A stretch of 64,000 bases of DNA, taken from positions 1 to 64,000 of the forward strand of contig JBDKFG010000013.1 of NCBI GenBank assembly GCA_039798785.1, given 5' to 3'. Both the position numbers and the translations under genes were made by a program. The notes under the pieces were generated by a model that was not told the DNA's origin, searched no databases, and saw only the letters and a list, made by a program, of their open reading frames with translations. Below, in pieces: positions 49,232 through 58,328 of this stretch; position 1 is the stretch's first letter, and every line of letters starts with the position of its first letter. The DNA comes from Verrucomicrobiota bacterium. GTDB lineage: Bacteria; Verrucomicrobiota; Lentisphaeria; Lentisphaerales; Lentisphaeraceae.

Positions 49232-52200
49232 TCATGGGGTCGTCTCCTGCGGACAAGCTTCCAGCAGCCGCTTCACTTCGGGTTTGCAGGAGCCGCAACC
49301 AAGGCCGGCGCCGGAGGCGGAGCAAAGGGCGGCGAAGTCGCGGCAGCCGCCGCGCACCAGCTTCTCGAGGTCGATCTTGCCGACGCTGGCGCAGGAGCAG
49401 ACGATCGGGCCTTCGGGAGGCGGGCGGGCCTGGCCGCCGCGGAAGAGCGAGGCGCGGCGGGGGCCGAGCTCGAGACCCTGGGCGATGAGCTCCTTGAACT
49501 CGGCGAACTCGGTCTTGTCGCCGATCAGGATGGCACCGACGAGACGGTCGCGCAGCACCACCGCCTTCTTGTAGAAACGCAGCTGGCGGTCGAGAAGGAC
49601 GATCTCCTCGGCGCCGTCCTTGTCGCCGAGGCCGGGATTGCCGATGGCGCAGAGGTCGAGATCCTTGATCTTGAGGACGTTGAAGTCGAGGCTGCCGCGG
49701 TATTCGGCGTGGGGGTGGCCGGCGAGGGCGGCGGCGGCAACGCGGGCCTGGTCCTGGGCCGAGGGGGTGGTGCCGTAGAGGCGGCCGCGATGCTCGGCGA
49801 TCTCGCCGATGGCGAAGATGGCGGGATCGCTGCTGCGCATGCGCTCGTCGACGAGGATGCCGCGGCTGCACTTCAGCCCGGCGGCGCGGCCGAGCTCGAA
49901 GTTGGGGCTGATGCCGGCGGCGAAGAAGAGGGCGTCGGCAATCAGGTGGCGGCCGCTCTTGAGCTTCACCTCCTTGAGGGCGAAGTCGCCGTGCACCGAT
50001 TCCACCTCGTCGTTGAAGATCAGCTGGATGCCGCGGGCGCGGATCTCCTCGGCGAGGATGCCGCTGCCGACGGCGTCGAGCTGGCCGCGCATCAGCTGCG
50101 AGGAGCGCTGCACCAGGGTGACTTCGACGCCCATTTCGACCAGGGCGCCGGCGAGCTCGAGGCCGAGCAGGCCGCCGCCGCTGACCACGGCGCGGCCGCC
50201 GTCGCGGAGATAGTCGCGGATGGCGTCGGCGTCGCGGCGGGTGCGCAGGCCGAAGATGCCCTTCAGATTGGGCATGGGCTTGAGCGGGATCGCCGGGCGC
50301 GAGCCGGTGGCGAGGACGAGGGTGTCGTAGCGGTGCTGGCGGCCCTTGGCGTCGAAGACGCTTTTCTCCTGCGGGTCGATGCGGAGGATTTCGGCTTCCG
50401 GATGGAGTCTGACCTGGAGCTGGTCGAGCTCGTCGGCGCTGGTGGAGAGCAGCTCGTTCCAAGACTTCTCGCCGTGCAGGTAGTCGGGGAGGAGGACGCG
50501 GTTGTAGAAGGCCTCGGGCTCGCGGCTGAAGACCTCGATGCTGCCGCGGCCACCCTGCTGGCGGAATTGGGAGCAGAATTCGAGGGCGGCGGCGCCGGCG
50601 CCGACCACCAGGATGCGGCCGGCATCGGGGAAGAGCGCTTCCACCTTGACCGCACTGTGCTTCAGGTCGGGCTCTTTCGACACCGGATCGAAGAGGATCG
50701 GGGTGAGGTTGTTGGCGCGGGCGTCGAGGCCGCCGCTGTGGCGTCCCCAGTGGATCGACATGAAGACGCTGCCGCGGCGGAGTCCGGCGTCGAAGCGGGC
50801 GGCGGCGCGGCATTGGCCGCGGCGGTTGCTGAGGCGCATCGGCGCGCCTTCGAGGATGCCGAGGGCCGCGGCGTCGTCGGGGTGGATGTCTATCACTGGC
50901 TCGGTTTCGTGCTGGCGCAGGCGGGCCACCTTGCCGGTGCGGTTCATCGAGTGCCACTGGTCGCGGAGGCGGCCGGTGATCAGCAGGAAGGGGTGCTCGG
51001 CGCTGGTCTTCTCGTCGTCGATCTCGGGAGCGACGCAGTGGAGCTTGGCCTTGCGCGAGGAGGTCAGGAATTGATGGTCGGCGAAGAGGCGGGGCGTGCC
51101 GGGGTGCTGGGCGTCGGGGCAAGGCCATTGCAGCGAGCCTTGGCGGAGGCGGGCGTAGCTGACGCCGCAGATGTCGACCGCGGTGCCACGAGTGAGCTCG
51201 CGGCAGTCGTTGAAGACGGCCTCGGTGTCGGGGTAGGCGAACTGCTTCTCCCAGCCCATGGCGCGGGCGAAGCGGAGGAGGATGTGGGCGTCGGAGAGGG
51301 CCTGGCCGGGCGGCTCGAGGAGCTTGGGCAGGTAGGTGATGCGGCGCTCGGAGTTGGTCATCGTACCCTCCTTCTCGAGCCAGCCGGCGGCAGGGAGGAC
51401 GAGGTCGGCAAAGCGCAGGGTGTCGGCCTGGCGGGAGCACTCGCTGACCATGACGAAGCGGGTCTTGGCGAAGGCTTTCTCGACGCGTTCGAGATCGGGG
51501 AAGGAGTAGCCGGGGTTGGTGCACATGATCCAGATGGCCTTGAGCTTGCCGCTCTCCATCGCCTCGACCATCTCAAGTGCGGTGAGGCCGGGCTTGGCGG
51601 CGATCGGTGCGGTGGCCTGCCAGTGGGCCGCCACCTTGGCGCGGTGCTCGGGATTGGCGAGGTCGTGGTGCGCCGCCAGCATGGTGGCGAGCCCGCCGAC
51701 CTCGCGGCCGCCCATGGCGTTGGGCTGGCCGGTGAGCGAGAAGGGGGCGCAGCCGGGACGTCCGATGCGGCCGGTGATCAGGTTGAGGTTGATCAGCGAG
51801 GTGTTTTTGCGGACGCCGCCGCGCGATTGGTTGAGGCCCATGGCCCAGAGGGTGAGCAGGGTCTTCGACTCGCCGATCATCCGGGCGGCGAGCTCGATCT
51901 GCTCCAGGGGAAGGTCGCAAGCTTCGGCCTCGGCGGCGAGGTCGAGGCCGGCGAGCAGATCGCGCAAGTCCTGCCAGCCCTCGCAGTGCTGCTCGAGGAA
52001 GGGCAGGTCGGCATAGCCGCCGCGCACCAGCAGGGCGGCGAGGGCGTTGTGCAGGTGGATGTCCGAGCCCGGACGCAGGGCGAGGTGGAGGTCGGCCATC
52101 TCGGCAGTCTGGGTGCGGCGGGGGTCGGCGACGATCAATTTCACCTCGGGATGGGCGGCGCGATGAGCCTCGACGCGGCGGAAGAGGATGGGGTGGCACC

Positions 52201-52714
52201 AGGCGGGATTGGCGCCGGTGACGAAGAGGCAGTCGCTGGCCTCGATGTCGTCGTAGCTGAAGGGCGGCGCGTCGTCGCCGAGGCTCATCTTGTAGCCGAC
52301 CACCGCGCTCGACATGCAGAGGCGCGAGTTGGTGTCGATGTTGTTGGTGCCGAGGAAGCCCTTGCAGAGCTTGTTGGCGAGGTAGTACTCCTCAGTCAGC
52401 AGTTGGCCGGAGACGAAGAGACCGACCGAATCGGGGCCGTGACGGGCGATGATCGAGCGGAAGACTGCGGCGGCGCGGAACATCGCCTCGTCCCAAGTGA
52501 CGTCCTGCAGAGGATGGTGGCGGGCGCTGCGCATCTGCGGCACCAGCAGGCGGTCGCTGCGGTCTGCCACCGTGTGGTGCAGGTTCATCCCCTTGCTGCA
52601 CAGCTGGCCACGGCTGGAGGGGTGATCCGGATCGCCGGCAACCGTCAGCCCGCGCCCGTCCTGGTGGACCAGCACGCCGCATCCGACGCCGCAGTAAGAG
52701 CATGTGGATTTCAT
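49232..52714 (-). CDS. nasA: Assimilatory nitrate reductase: molybdopterin catalytic module fused to FAD/NAD oxidoreductase and BFD-like [2Fe-2S] domains
   Basis: CSYCGVGC...LCSKG, DTNSRLCMSSA, GQPNAMGGRE, TGRLRDQWH, GGGLLGLE, IVCSC...GCGSC. Confidence 0.93.
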   Translation of the reverse strand: MKSTCSYCGVGCGVLVHQDGRGLTVAGDPDHPSSRGQLCSKGMNLHHTVADRSDRLLVPQMRSARHHPLQDVTWDEAMFRAAAVFRSIIARHGPDSVGLFVSGQLLTEEYYLANKLCKGFLGTNNIDTNSRLCMSSAVVGYKMSLGDDAPPFSYDDIEASDCLFVTGANPAWCHPILFRRVEAHRAAHPEVKLIVADPRRTQTAEMADLHLALRPGSDIHLHNALAALLVRGGYADLPFLEQHCEGWQDLRDLLAGLDLAAEAEACDLPLEQIELAARMIGESKTLLTLWAMGLNQSRGGVRKNTSLINLNLITGRIGRPGCAPFSLTGQPNAMGGREVGGLATMLAAHHDLANPEHRAKVAAHWQATAPIAAKPGLTALEMVEAMESGKLKAIWIMCTNPGYSFPDLERVEKAFAKTRFVMVSECSRQADTLRFADLVLPAAGWLEKEGTMTNSERRITYLPKLLEPPGQALSDAHILLRFARAMGWEKQFAYPDTEAVFNDCRELTRGTAVDICGVSYARLRQGSLQWPCPDAQHPGTPRLFADHQFLTSSRKAKLHCVAPEIDDEKTSAEHPFLLITGRLRDQWHSMNRTGKVARLRQHETEPVIDIHPDDAAALGILEGAPMRLSNRRGQCRAAARFDAGLRRGSVFMSIHWGRHSGGLDARANNLTPILFDPVSKEPDLKHSAVKVEALFPDAGRILVVGAGAAALEFCSQFRQQGGRGSIEVFSREPEAFYNRVLLPDYLHGEKSWNELLSTSADELDQLQVRLHPEAEILRIDPQEKSVFDAKGRQHRYDTLVLATGSRPAIPLKPMPNLKGIFGLRTRRDADAIRDYLRDGGRAVVSGGGLLGLELAGALVEMGVEVTLVQRSSQLMRGQLDAVGSGILAEEIRARGIQLIFNDEVESVHGDFALKEVKLKSGRHLIADALFFAAGISPNFELGRAAGLKCSRGILVDERMRSSDPAIFAIGEIAEHRGRLYGTTPSAQDQARVAAAALAGHPHAEYRGSLDFNVLKIKDLDLCAIGNPGLGDKDGAEEIVLLDRQLRFYKKAVVLRDRLVGAILIGDKTEFAEFKELIAQGLELGPRRASLFRGGQARPPPEGPIVCSCASVGKIDLEKLVRGGCRDFAALCSASGAGLGCGSCKPEVKRLLEACPQETTP

Positions 52715-52724
52715 TTTCGAACCG

Positions 52725-52859
52725 GGTTGAAAGGTTGAAAGGTTGAAAGGCAAGAAGAGGCGAGGTTGAGAAGCGATGCCGCAGTGGCTGAGTCTTGAGT
52801 CAATGCGTCTTGAGTCGGTTTTCAGGCTGTTCGCCTTTCAACCTTTCAACCTTTCAACC
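52725..52859. repeat. 27-bp perfect inverted repeat built from 3x GGTTGAAA, enclosing GTCTTGAGTC repeats
   Basis: Left arm 52725-52751, right arm 52833-52859, in the nirD-nasA spacer. Confidence 0.95.
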
Positions 52860-52867
52860 TCTTCGAC

Positions 52868-53191
52868 TCACACCTGCACCAGCACCCGGCCGCCCTCGAT
52901 CTTGACCGGGTAGGTGCGGATGTGGCCGCAGTCGCTGTCGCCGATCTGGCAGCCGCTCTGCAGGGAGAAGCTGCGCTTGTGCAGGGGGCAGACGATCTTC
53001 GGCTCGCCGGCGACGTCGCCGGTGAGGCCGCGGGCGAGCACCATGCGCTTCTCGTGGGGGCAGAGGTTCTGGCTGGCGTACCAGCCGCGCTCCTGGAGGT
53101 TGAAGACGGCGATCTGTTCGTCGTTGATCTTGATGCAGGTGCCCAGCTCGGGGGCGAAGTCGGCGGCGGGGCCGCAGTCGTTCCAGTTCAT
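52868..53191 (-). CDS. nirD: Nitrite reductase small (Rieske-like) subunit
   Basis: QIAVF, NLCPH, LARGLTGD, CPLHKRSFSL. Confidence 0.95.
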   Translation of the reverse strand: MNWNDCGPAADFAPELGTCIKINDEQIAVFNLQERGWYASQNLCPHEKRMVLARGLTGDVAGEPKIVCPLHKRSFSLQSGCQIGDSDCGHIRTYPVKIEGGRVLVQV

Positions 53192-53203
53192 GCTCGTTTC
53201 CTC

Positions 53204-53238
53204 AATCTTGAATTTTGAATTTTGAATCTTGAATCCTC
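53204..53238. repeat. Tandem heptamer array AATYTTG, about 5 units
   Basis: AATCTTG AATTTTG AATTTTG AATCTTG AATCCTC fills the nirB-nirD spacer. Confidence 0.92.
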
Positions 53239-55762
53239 AGGCCGTGACCCCGGCGGCGGCGCGTTCTTCGTCGGAGAGCGGGCGGATCTGGCCGCGTTCG
53301 CTGGCGAAGGCCTGGGTGGGGTCGCGCTCGTCGCTGTTGGCGAAGTGGCGGAAGCGTTTGAGCTTCTCGGGGTCATTGACGGCGTTCTTCCATTCGCACT
53401 CGTAGGTGTCGACGAGCTGCTGCATCTGGCTTTCGAGCTCCTCGCAGATGCCGAGGGAGTCGTGGATGACCACGTCCTTGAGGTGGGCGAGGCCGCCGGG
53501 CAGCTTGTCGAGCCAGGTGGAGGTGCGGTTGAGGCGCTCGGCGGTCTTGATGTAGTACATGAGGAAGCGGTCGATGTACTGGATCAGGGTGGCGTCGTCG
53601 AGGTCGCCGGCGAGCAGGTCGGCGTGGCGCGGCTTCATGCCGCCGTTGCCGCAGACGTAGAGGTTCCATCCCTTCTCGGTGGCGATGACGCCGAAGTCCT
53701 TGCTCTGCGCCTCGGCGCATTCGCGGGTGCAGCCGGAGACGGCGGACTTGAGCTTGTGCGGCGAGCGCAGGCCGCGGTAGCGCTCCTCGATGCGGATCGC
53801 CATGCTGGTGGAGTCCTGGACGCCGTAGCGGCACCAGGTGGAGCCGACGCAGGACTTCACCGTGCGCAGCGCCTTGCCGTAGGCGTGGCCGGATTCGAAG
53901 CCGGCGGCGATCAGCTCGCTCCAGATCGACGGCAGCTCATTGAGGTGGGCGCCGAAGAGGTCGATGCGCTGGCCGCCGGTGATCTTGACGTAGAGCTTGT
54001 ACTTCTTCGCCACCTCGCCGAGGACGATGAGCTTGTCGGCGGTGATCTCGCCGCCGGGGACGCGGGGGACCACCGAGTAGGTGCCGTCTTTTTGGATGTT
54101 GGCGAGGAAGGCGTCGTTGGTGTCCTGCAGCGGCGCGTGCTTGAGGATGGGTTCGTTCCAGGTGCTGGCCAGGATCGAGGCGACCGCCGGCTTGCAGATC
54201 TCGCAGCCGCTGCCCTGTCCGTGCTTCTCGATCAGGTGCTCGAAGCTCTTGATGCCGGAGGCGCGGACGATGGCGTTGAGGGCGACGCGGCTGTGCGGGA
54301 AGTGCTCGCAGATCGCCTCGCTGACCTCCAGGCCCTTCGACTTCTGGTAGGACTTGAGCAGGTCGGTGACCAGGGGGACGCAGCCGCCGCAGCCGGTGCC
54401 GGCCTTGGTGCACTTCTTCAGCTCCGGCACCTTGCCGCAGCCGGAGTCGATGGCGGCGCAGATGGCGCCCTTGCTGACATTCTCGCACGAGCAGATGGTG
54501 GCGGTGTCGGGCAGATCGAGCGGACCCGAGCTGTGCGCGGCGCCGCTGGACGCCGGGGCGATCAGGACGATGGGCTCAGGCGGCAACGGCATGGCGTTGA
54601 GGTAGAGCTGCAGCAGCGAACCGTAGGCCGAGGCGTCGCCGACCAGGATGCCGCCCAGCAGGCGCTTGCCGTCGGCGCTGACGAAGATCTTCTTGTAGAC
54701 GCCCTTGGCGCGTTCGGCGACCACCAGGTCGTGGTGGGCTTCCTTGGGCTCGATGTTGCCGAAGCTGGCGACGTCGGTGCCGATCAGCTTGAGCTTGGCG
54801 CTGAGATCGGCGCCGGTGAAGCGGACGTCGCGCCCCAAAATCTGGGCGGCGGCGACGTCGGCCTGCTGGTAGCCGGGGGCGACGAGGCCGTAGATCATGC
54901 CGCGGTGCAGGGCGCACTCGCCGATGGCGTAGATCTTGGCGTCCGAGGTGCGCATGGCGTCGTCCACCTGGATGCCGCCGCGCGGGCCGACTTCCAGGCC
55001 GAAGCTCCTGGCGAGCTCGTCGCGGGGGCGGATGCCGGCGGAGATGATCACCATGTCGGCCTGCAGGGCGCTGCCGTCGGTGAACTCGAGCCCGTCGACC
55101 GCCCCTTCCTTGTCGATGAAGTGCTTGGTGTTGCGGTTCAGCAGGACTTCGATGCCGCGCGACTTGATGACGCCGAGGAGCATGGCGCCGCCGCCCTCGT
55201 CGAGCTGGCGCGGCATCAGGCGGGGGGCGAATTCCACCACCGAAGTCTTCAGGCCCAGGTCCTGGGCGGCTTTCGCGGCTTCCAGTCCGAGCAGGCCGCC
55301 GCCGATCACCGCGCAGGTCTTCGATTCGTGGGCGCAGGCCCGGATGGCGTCGAGGTCCTCGATGGTGCGGTAGACGAAGATACCTTTGAGATTGACCCCG
55401 GGGACGGCAGGGACGAAGGGGGATGAGCCGGTGGCCAGCACCAGGGCGTCGTAGTGCAATTCGGCGCCTTGGTCGGAGACCACCGCCTGGCGCTCGCGGT
55501 CGAGGGCGAGGATGCGCTCGCCGCAACGCAGCTCGATGCCGCGCTCGGCGTACCAGGCGCGAGTGCCGAGGGTCAGATCTTCGACCGTGCGGCCGGCGAA
55601 ATATTCCGACAGGTGGACCCGGTCGTAAGCGGGACGCGGTTCCTCGCCGAAGACGATCAGCTTCCAGTCAGCCGCGGCGGGGCTGGCGCTGAAGCGTTCG
55701 CAGAACTTGTAGCCGACCATGCCGTGGCCGATGACGATCAGGGTTGGACGCTGGTCTTTCAT
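53237..55762 (-). CDS. nirB: NAD(P)H-dependent nitrite reductase large subunit
   Basis: GHGMVG, YDRVHLS, ICSC...GTGCGGC, ANIQKDGTYSVVPR, TVKSCVGSTWC, SGCTRECAE. Confidence 0.97.
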   Translation of the reverse strand: MKDQRPTLIVIGHGMVGYKFCERFSASPAAADWKLIVFGEEPRPAYDRVHLSEYFAGRTVEDLTLGTRAWYAERGIELRCGERILALDRERQAVVSDQGAELHYDALVLATGSSPFVPAVPGVNLKGIFVYRTIEDLDAIRACAHESKTCAVIGGGLLGLEAAKAAQDLGLKTSVVEFAPRLMPRQLDEGGGAMLLGVIKSRGIEVLLNRNTKHFIDKEGAVDGLEFTDGSALQADMVIISAGIRPRDELARSFGLEVGPRGGIQVDDAMRTSDAKIYAIGECALHRGMIYGLVAPGYQQADVAAAQILGRDVRFTGADLSAKLKLIGTDVASFGNIEPKEAHHDLVVAERAKGVYKKIFVSADGKRLLGGILVGDASAYGSLLQLYLNAMPLPPEPIVLIAPASSGAAHSSGPLDLPDTATICSCENVSKGAICAAIDSGCGKVPELKKCTKAGTGCGGCVPLVTDLLKSYQKSKGLEVSEAICEHFPHSRVALNAIVRASGIKSFEHLIEKHGQGSGCEICKPAVASILASTWNEPILKHAPLQDTNDAFLANIQKDGTYSVVPRVPGGEITADKLIVLGEVAKKYKLYVKITGGQRIDLFGAHLNELPSIWSELIAAGFESGHAYGKALRTVKSCVGSTWCRYGVQDSTSMAIRIEERYRGLRSPHKLKSAVSGCTRECAEAQSKDFGVIATEKGWNLYVCGNGGMKPRHADLLAGDLDDATLIQYIDRFLMYYIKTAERLNRTSTWLDKLPGGLAHLKDVVIHDSLGICEELESQMQQLVDTYECEWKNAVNDPEKLKRFRHFANSDERDPTQAFASERGQIRPLSDEERAAAGVTA

Positions 55763-55784
55763 GGTATCTGTCCCCTGCAGTTTT

Positions 55785-56615
55785 TTAGGATACGAGGTCT
55801 TCGACGGTGATTGCTGGGGTTTTGGCAATTACCTGGTCAAACCATGAAGGAGAGAGTTCGGCAACGGAGCGGACGACGCGGCTGGGCTGGTAGGCGTAAT
55901 GGGCAAGATCTTCTTGGCGCGTGCCGCCGGAGAGGACGAGAACGGTGTGGTAGCCTAGTTGCAGGCCGCCGATGATATCGGTCTCCATCGTGTCGCCGAC
56001 CATGAAGGTATGAGTGGCGTCGAGGCCGAGCATTTTGCGGGCGTCACGCATCATGATCGGGCTGGGTTTGCCGAGGCTGAAGGCCTTGCGTCCGGTGGCT
56101 TCTTCGAGGAGGCGGACGATGGCGCCGCAGCCGGGGCGGCTGCCTTTGTCGGTGGGGCAGGAGGGGTCCAAGTTGGTGGCGATCAGGCGGGCGCCGCGGT
56201 TGATGAAGTTGGTGGCCTGTTCGAGCATCTCGAAGGTGTAGGTGCGGCCTTCGCCGACGATGACGTAGTCGGGGTCCTTGTCGACGACGGCGATGCCGGC
56301 GCGATTGAGGGCGGTGGTGAGTCCGGATTCGCCGAGGACGAAGGCGGTGGCGCCAGGGCTTTGACGTCCTAGGAATCGAGCGGTCGACATGGCGCAGGTG
56401 TAGACGTGCTCTGCATCGACTTCGATGCCCATGCGCAGTAGCTTGGTGGCGATGTCGATGCGGGTGCGCATCGAGTTGTTGGTGAGGAACATGAAGGGCA
56501 CGTCGCGGGACTGCAGCTGGCGAACGAATTCGGCGGCTCCGGGGATGAGCTCGCCGCCGCGGTAGATGACGCCGTCCATGTCGATGAGGACGCCGTAGTT
56601 GGGTTTTTTGTTCAT
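55785..56615 (-). CDS. HAD-IIA (NagD-like) phosphatase
   Basis: DMDGVIY, FLTNNS, GKPS, VGDTMETDI. AAGGAG RBS before the ATG at 56615. Confidence 0.92.
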   Translation of the reverse strand: MNKKPNYGVLIDMDGVIYRGGELIPGAAEFVRQLQSRDVPFMFLTNNSMRTRIDIATKLLRMGIEVDAEHVYTCAMSTARFLGRQSPGATAFVLGESGLTTALNRAGIAVVDKDPDYVIVGEGRTYTFEMLEQATNFINRGARLIATNLDPSCPTDKGSRPGCGAIVRLLEEATGRKAFSLGKPSPIMMRDARKMLGLDATHTFMVGDTMETDIIGGLQLGYHTVLVLSGGTRQEDLAHYAYQPSRVVRSVAELSPSWFDQVIAKTPAITVEDLVS

Positions 56616-56682
56616 GATCTTTCTCCTTGCGTGTTTGTTGTTTCTGTGATTTGCGTTGATCATCATGCTGAGATCTTTACAT

Positions 56683-56741
56683 TTTTGTATGTATTTTGAT
56701 CTTGACGTACAAAACAGTAATATTATAATTTTAAAAGTCAA
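56683..56741. promoter_or_regulatory. AT-rich divergent control region: + strand TTGACG-N16-TATAAT, - strand TTGACT-N16-TACTGT, and an imperfect inverted repeat TTTTGTATGT-N12-ACGTACAAAA
   Basis: Plus-strand -35 at 56702-56707 and -10 at 56724-56729. Minus-strand -35 at 56741-56736. Inverted repeat at 56683-56714. Confidence 0.6.
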
Positions 56742-56875
56742 TTATGTAAATTATTTATTTTTATGTCACGATTTTAGTTTTTGTGTGTTTGATATTTCTT
56801 AATTGGTTATTATGTTTGAATAAGAAACGTTTCGGGATATTTATCTTTAGTTTAAAACAAAAAATGGGGGATCTT

Positions 56876-58102
56876 ATGGGGCCACAAATGCGCGTGCTGG
56901 TGCTATCGACGCTAGCCTTCACACTGCTCTTTGCGGTGTGGTTGATGTTTGGCATCCTGGGCAAGCCGGTGTCGGCCGCTTTCGGTCTGAGCAAGAGCGA
57001 GATGTACTGGCTAGGGGGGACAGCGGTGCTGATGGGATCCTTGCTGCGGCTGCCCTTGGGGATTCTCGCCGACCGGATCGGCGGACGCAATGTCATGGTG
57101 GCTTTGCTGCTGTGGACGGCCTTGCCCTGCGCCCTGGTGTCCTTCTGCGAGAGCTATGTTCAGCTTCTGGTCTGCGCCGCGCTCTTCGGTATCGCCGGCA
57201 ACAGCTTCTCGGTGGGCATCGCCTGGAACTCGGCCTGGTTCAGCAAGGAGACGCAGGGCACGGCTCTTGGGACCTTTGGTGCCGGGAATGTCGGCGCCTC
57301 GGTGACCAAGGTCCTGGCGCCCGGTCTGATGGCCGCCTTGCCCGCTGCCGGCCTGCTGGGCGGCTTGATTCCTGGCGGCTGGCGTGCCATCCCGGTGATC
57401 TATTCGGTCCTGCTGGTGGCGATGGCCGCTGTGGTCTACTTCGGCAGCCCACGCCCTGAGCGCTGCCCTGGCCAGGGCCGTAGCTTCAAGGACATGTTGA
57501 CGCCACTGCGTGAAGTTCGCGTCTGGCGCTTCGGGCTCTACTACATCGTCGTCTTCGGCGCCTATGTCGCCCTGTCGCTCTGGCTGCCCATGTACTACCA
57601 GGACATCTACGGCATCGGCCTGGCGCAAGCCGGCTTGCTTACCTGCCTGTTCATCTTCCCTGCCAGCCTCCTGCGTCCTCTTGGCGGGTATTTCTCGGAC
57701 AGATTCGGCGCCCGCCCGGTGACTCTTGCCGTGATGTTCGGGATGCTCGCCCTCTGCGTTCCCCTGTCGATGAACGGCAGCACTCTGAAGTTGCCGATCG
57801 AGCTCTTCACTGCGCTTGTCGTCCTGGTCGGCGTCGGCATGGGCGTCGGCAAGGCTTCGGTCTACCGCTACATTCCCGATTATTTCCCCAAGGACGTCGG
57901 TGCCGTCGGCGGCCTGGTGGGCACTCTCGGGGCTCTTGGCGGCTTCTTCATGATGCCCCTTTTTGGCATGATCGAGGGCGGTGGCATCCGTCAGTCGGCC
58001 TTCCTCGTCCTCGTCGGACTGACCTTCTGCAGCCTGACCTGGCTTCTCCTGGTGGTCACCCAGCTTCGCCGGCGTGAGCGCGAGGCTCTGGCCGCGACCT
58101 GA
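56876..58102 (+). CDS. NarK/NrtP-family MFS nitrate/nitrite transporter
   Basis: About 12 TM helices; LLRLPLGILADRIGGR, GTFGAGNVG, RPLGGYFSDRFG, GAVGGLVGTLGALGGF. Divergent from the nir/nas operon. Confidence 0.92.
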   Translation: MGPQMRVLVLSTLAFTLLFAVWLMFGILGKPVSAAFGLSKSEMYWLGGTAVLMGSLLRLPLGILADRIGGRNVMVALLLWTALPCALVSFCESYVQLLVCAALFGIAGNSFSVGIAWNSAWFSKETQGTALGTFGAGNVGASVTKVLAPGLMAALPAAGLLGGLIPGGWRAIPVIYSVLLVAMAAVVYFGSPRPERCPGQGRSFKDMLTPLREVRVWRFGLYYIVVFGAYVALSLWLPMYYQDIYGIGLAQAGLLTCLFIFPASLLRPLGGYFSDRFGARPVTLAVMFGMLALCVPLSMNGSTLKLPIELFTALVVLVGVGMGVGKASVYRYIPDYFPKDVGAVGGLVGTLGALGGFFMMPLFGMIEGGGIRQSAFLVLVGLTFCSLTWLLLVVTQLRRREREALAAT

Positions 58103-58127
58103 TCTTCGCAGGATTTCTGAAGGGCGC

Positions 58128-58166
58128 TCCGCCGGAACCGACGCCGCGGTTCCGGCGGAATTCTTT
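58128..58166 (+). terminator. GC-rich hairpin, probable terminator after the transporter
   Basis: TCCGCCGGAACCG-N6-CGGTTCCGGCGGA followed by ATTCTTT. Confidence 0.7.
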
Positions 58167-58328
58167 ATATATTGAGAGTTTTTTCTGCGTTTTGACAGCG
58201 AAATCAAATTCGAATGATCCGAAGTTATCCGTGAATGTGATAGGTTTTGGTAAGATTGGACTAAAGTTTCCTGCAACCCGCCGGCTTTGATCAACTCCGA
58301 AAAGGCAGACACCCCCAGGAGGAACCTC

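Noticed and set aside
49190..55426. Long plus-strand ORFs 49190-52738 and 53222-55426, and the Arg/Pro-rich minus-strand ORF 48648-51524
   Set aside because: Antisense or alternative-frame shadows of nasA and nirB in high-GC DNA.
56616..56875. Upstream extensions of the HAD and transporter ORFs
   Set aside because: They run through AT-rich promoter DNA; better RBS-supported starts are at 56615 and 56876.
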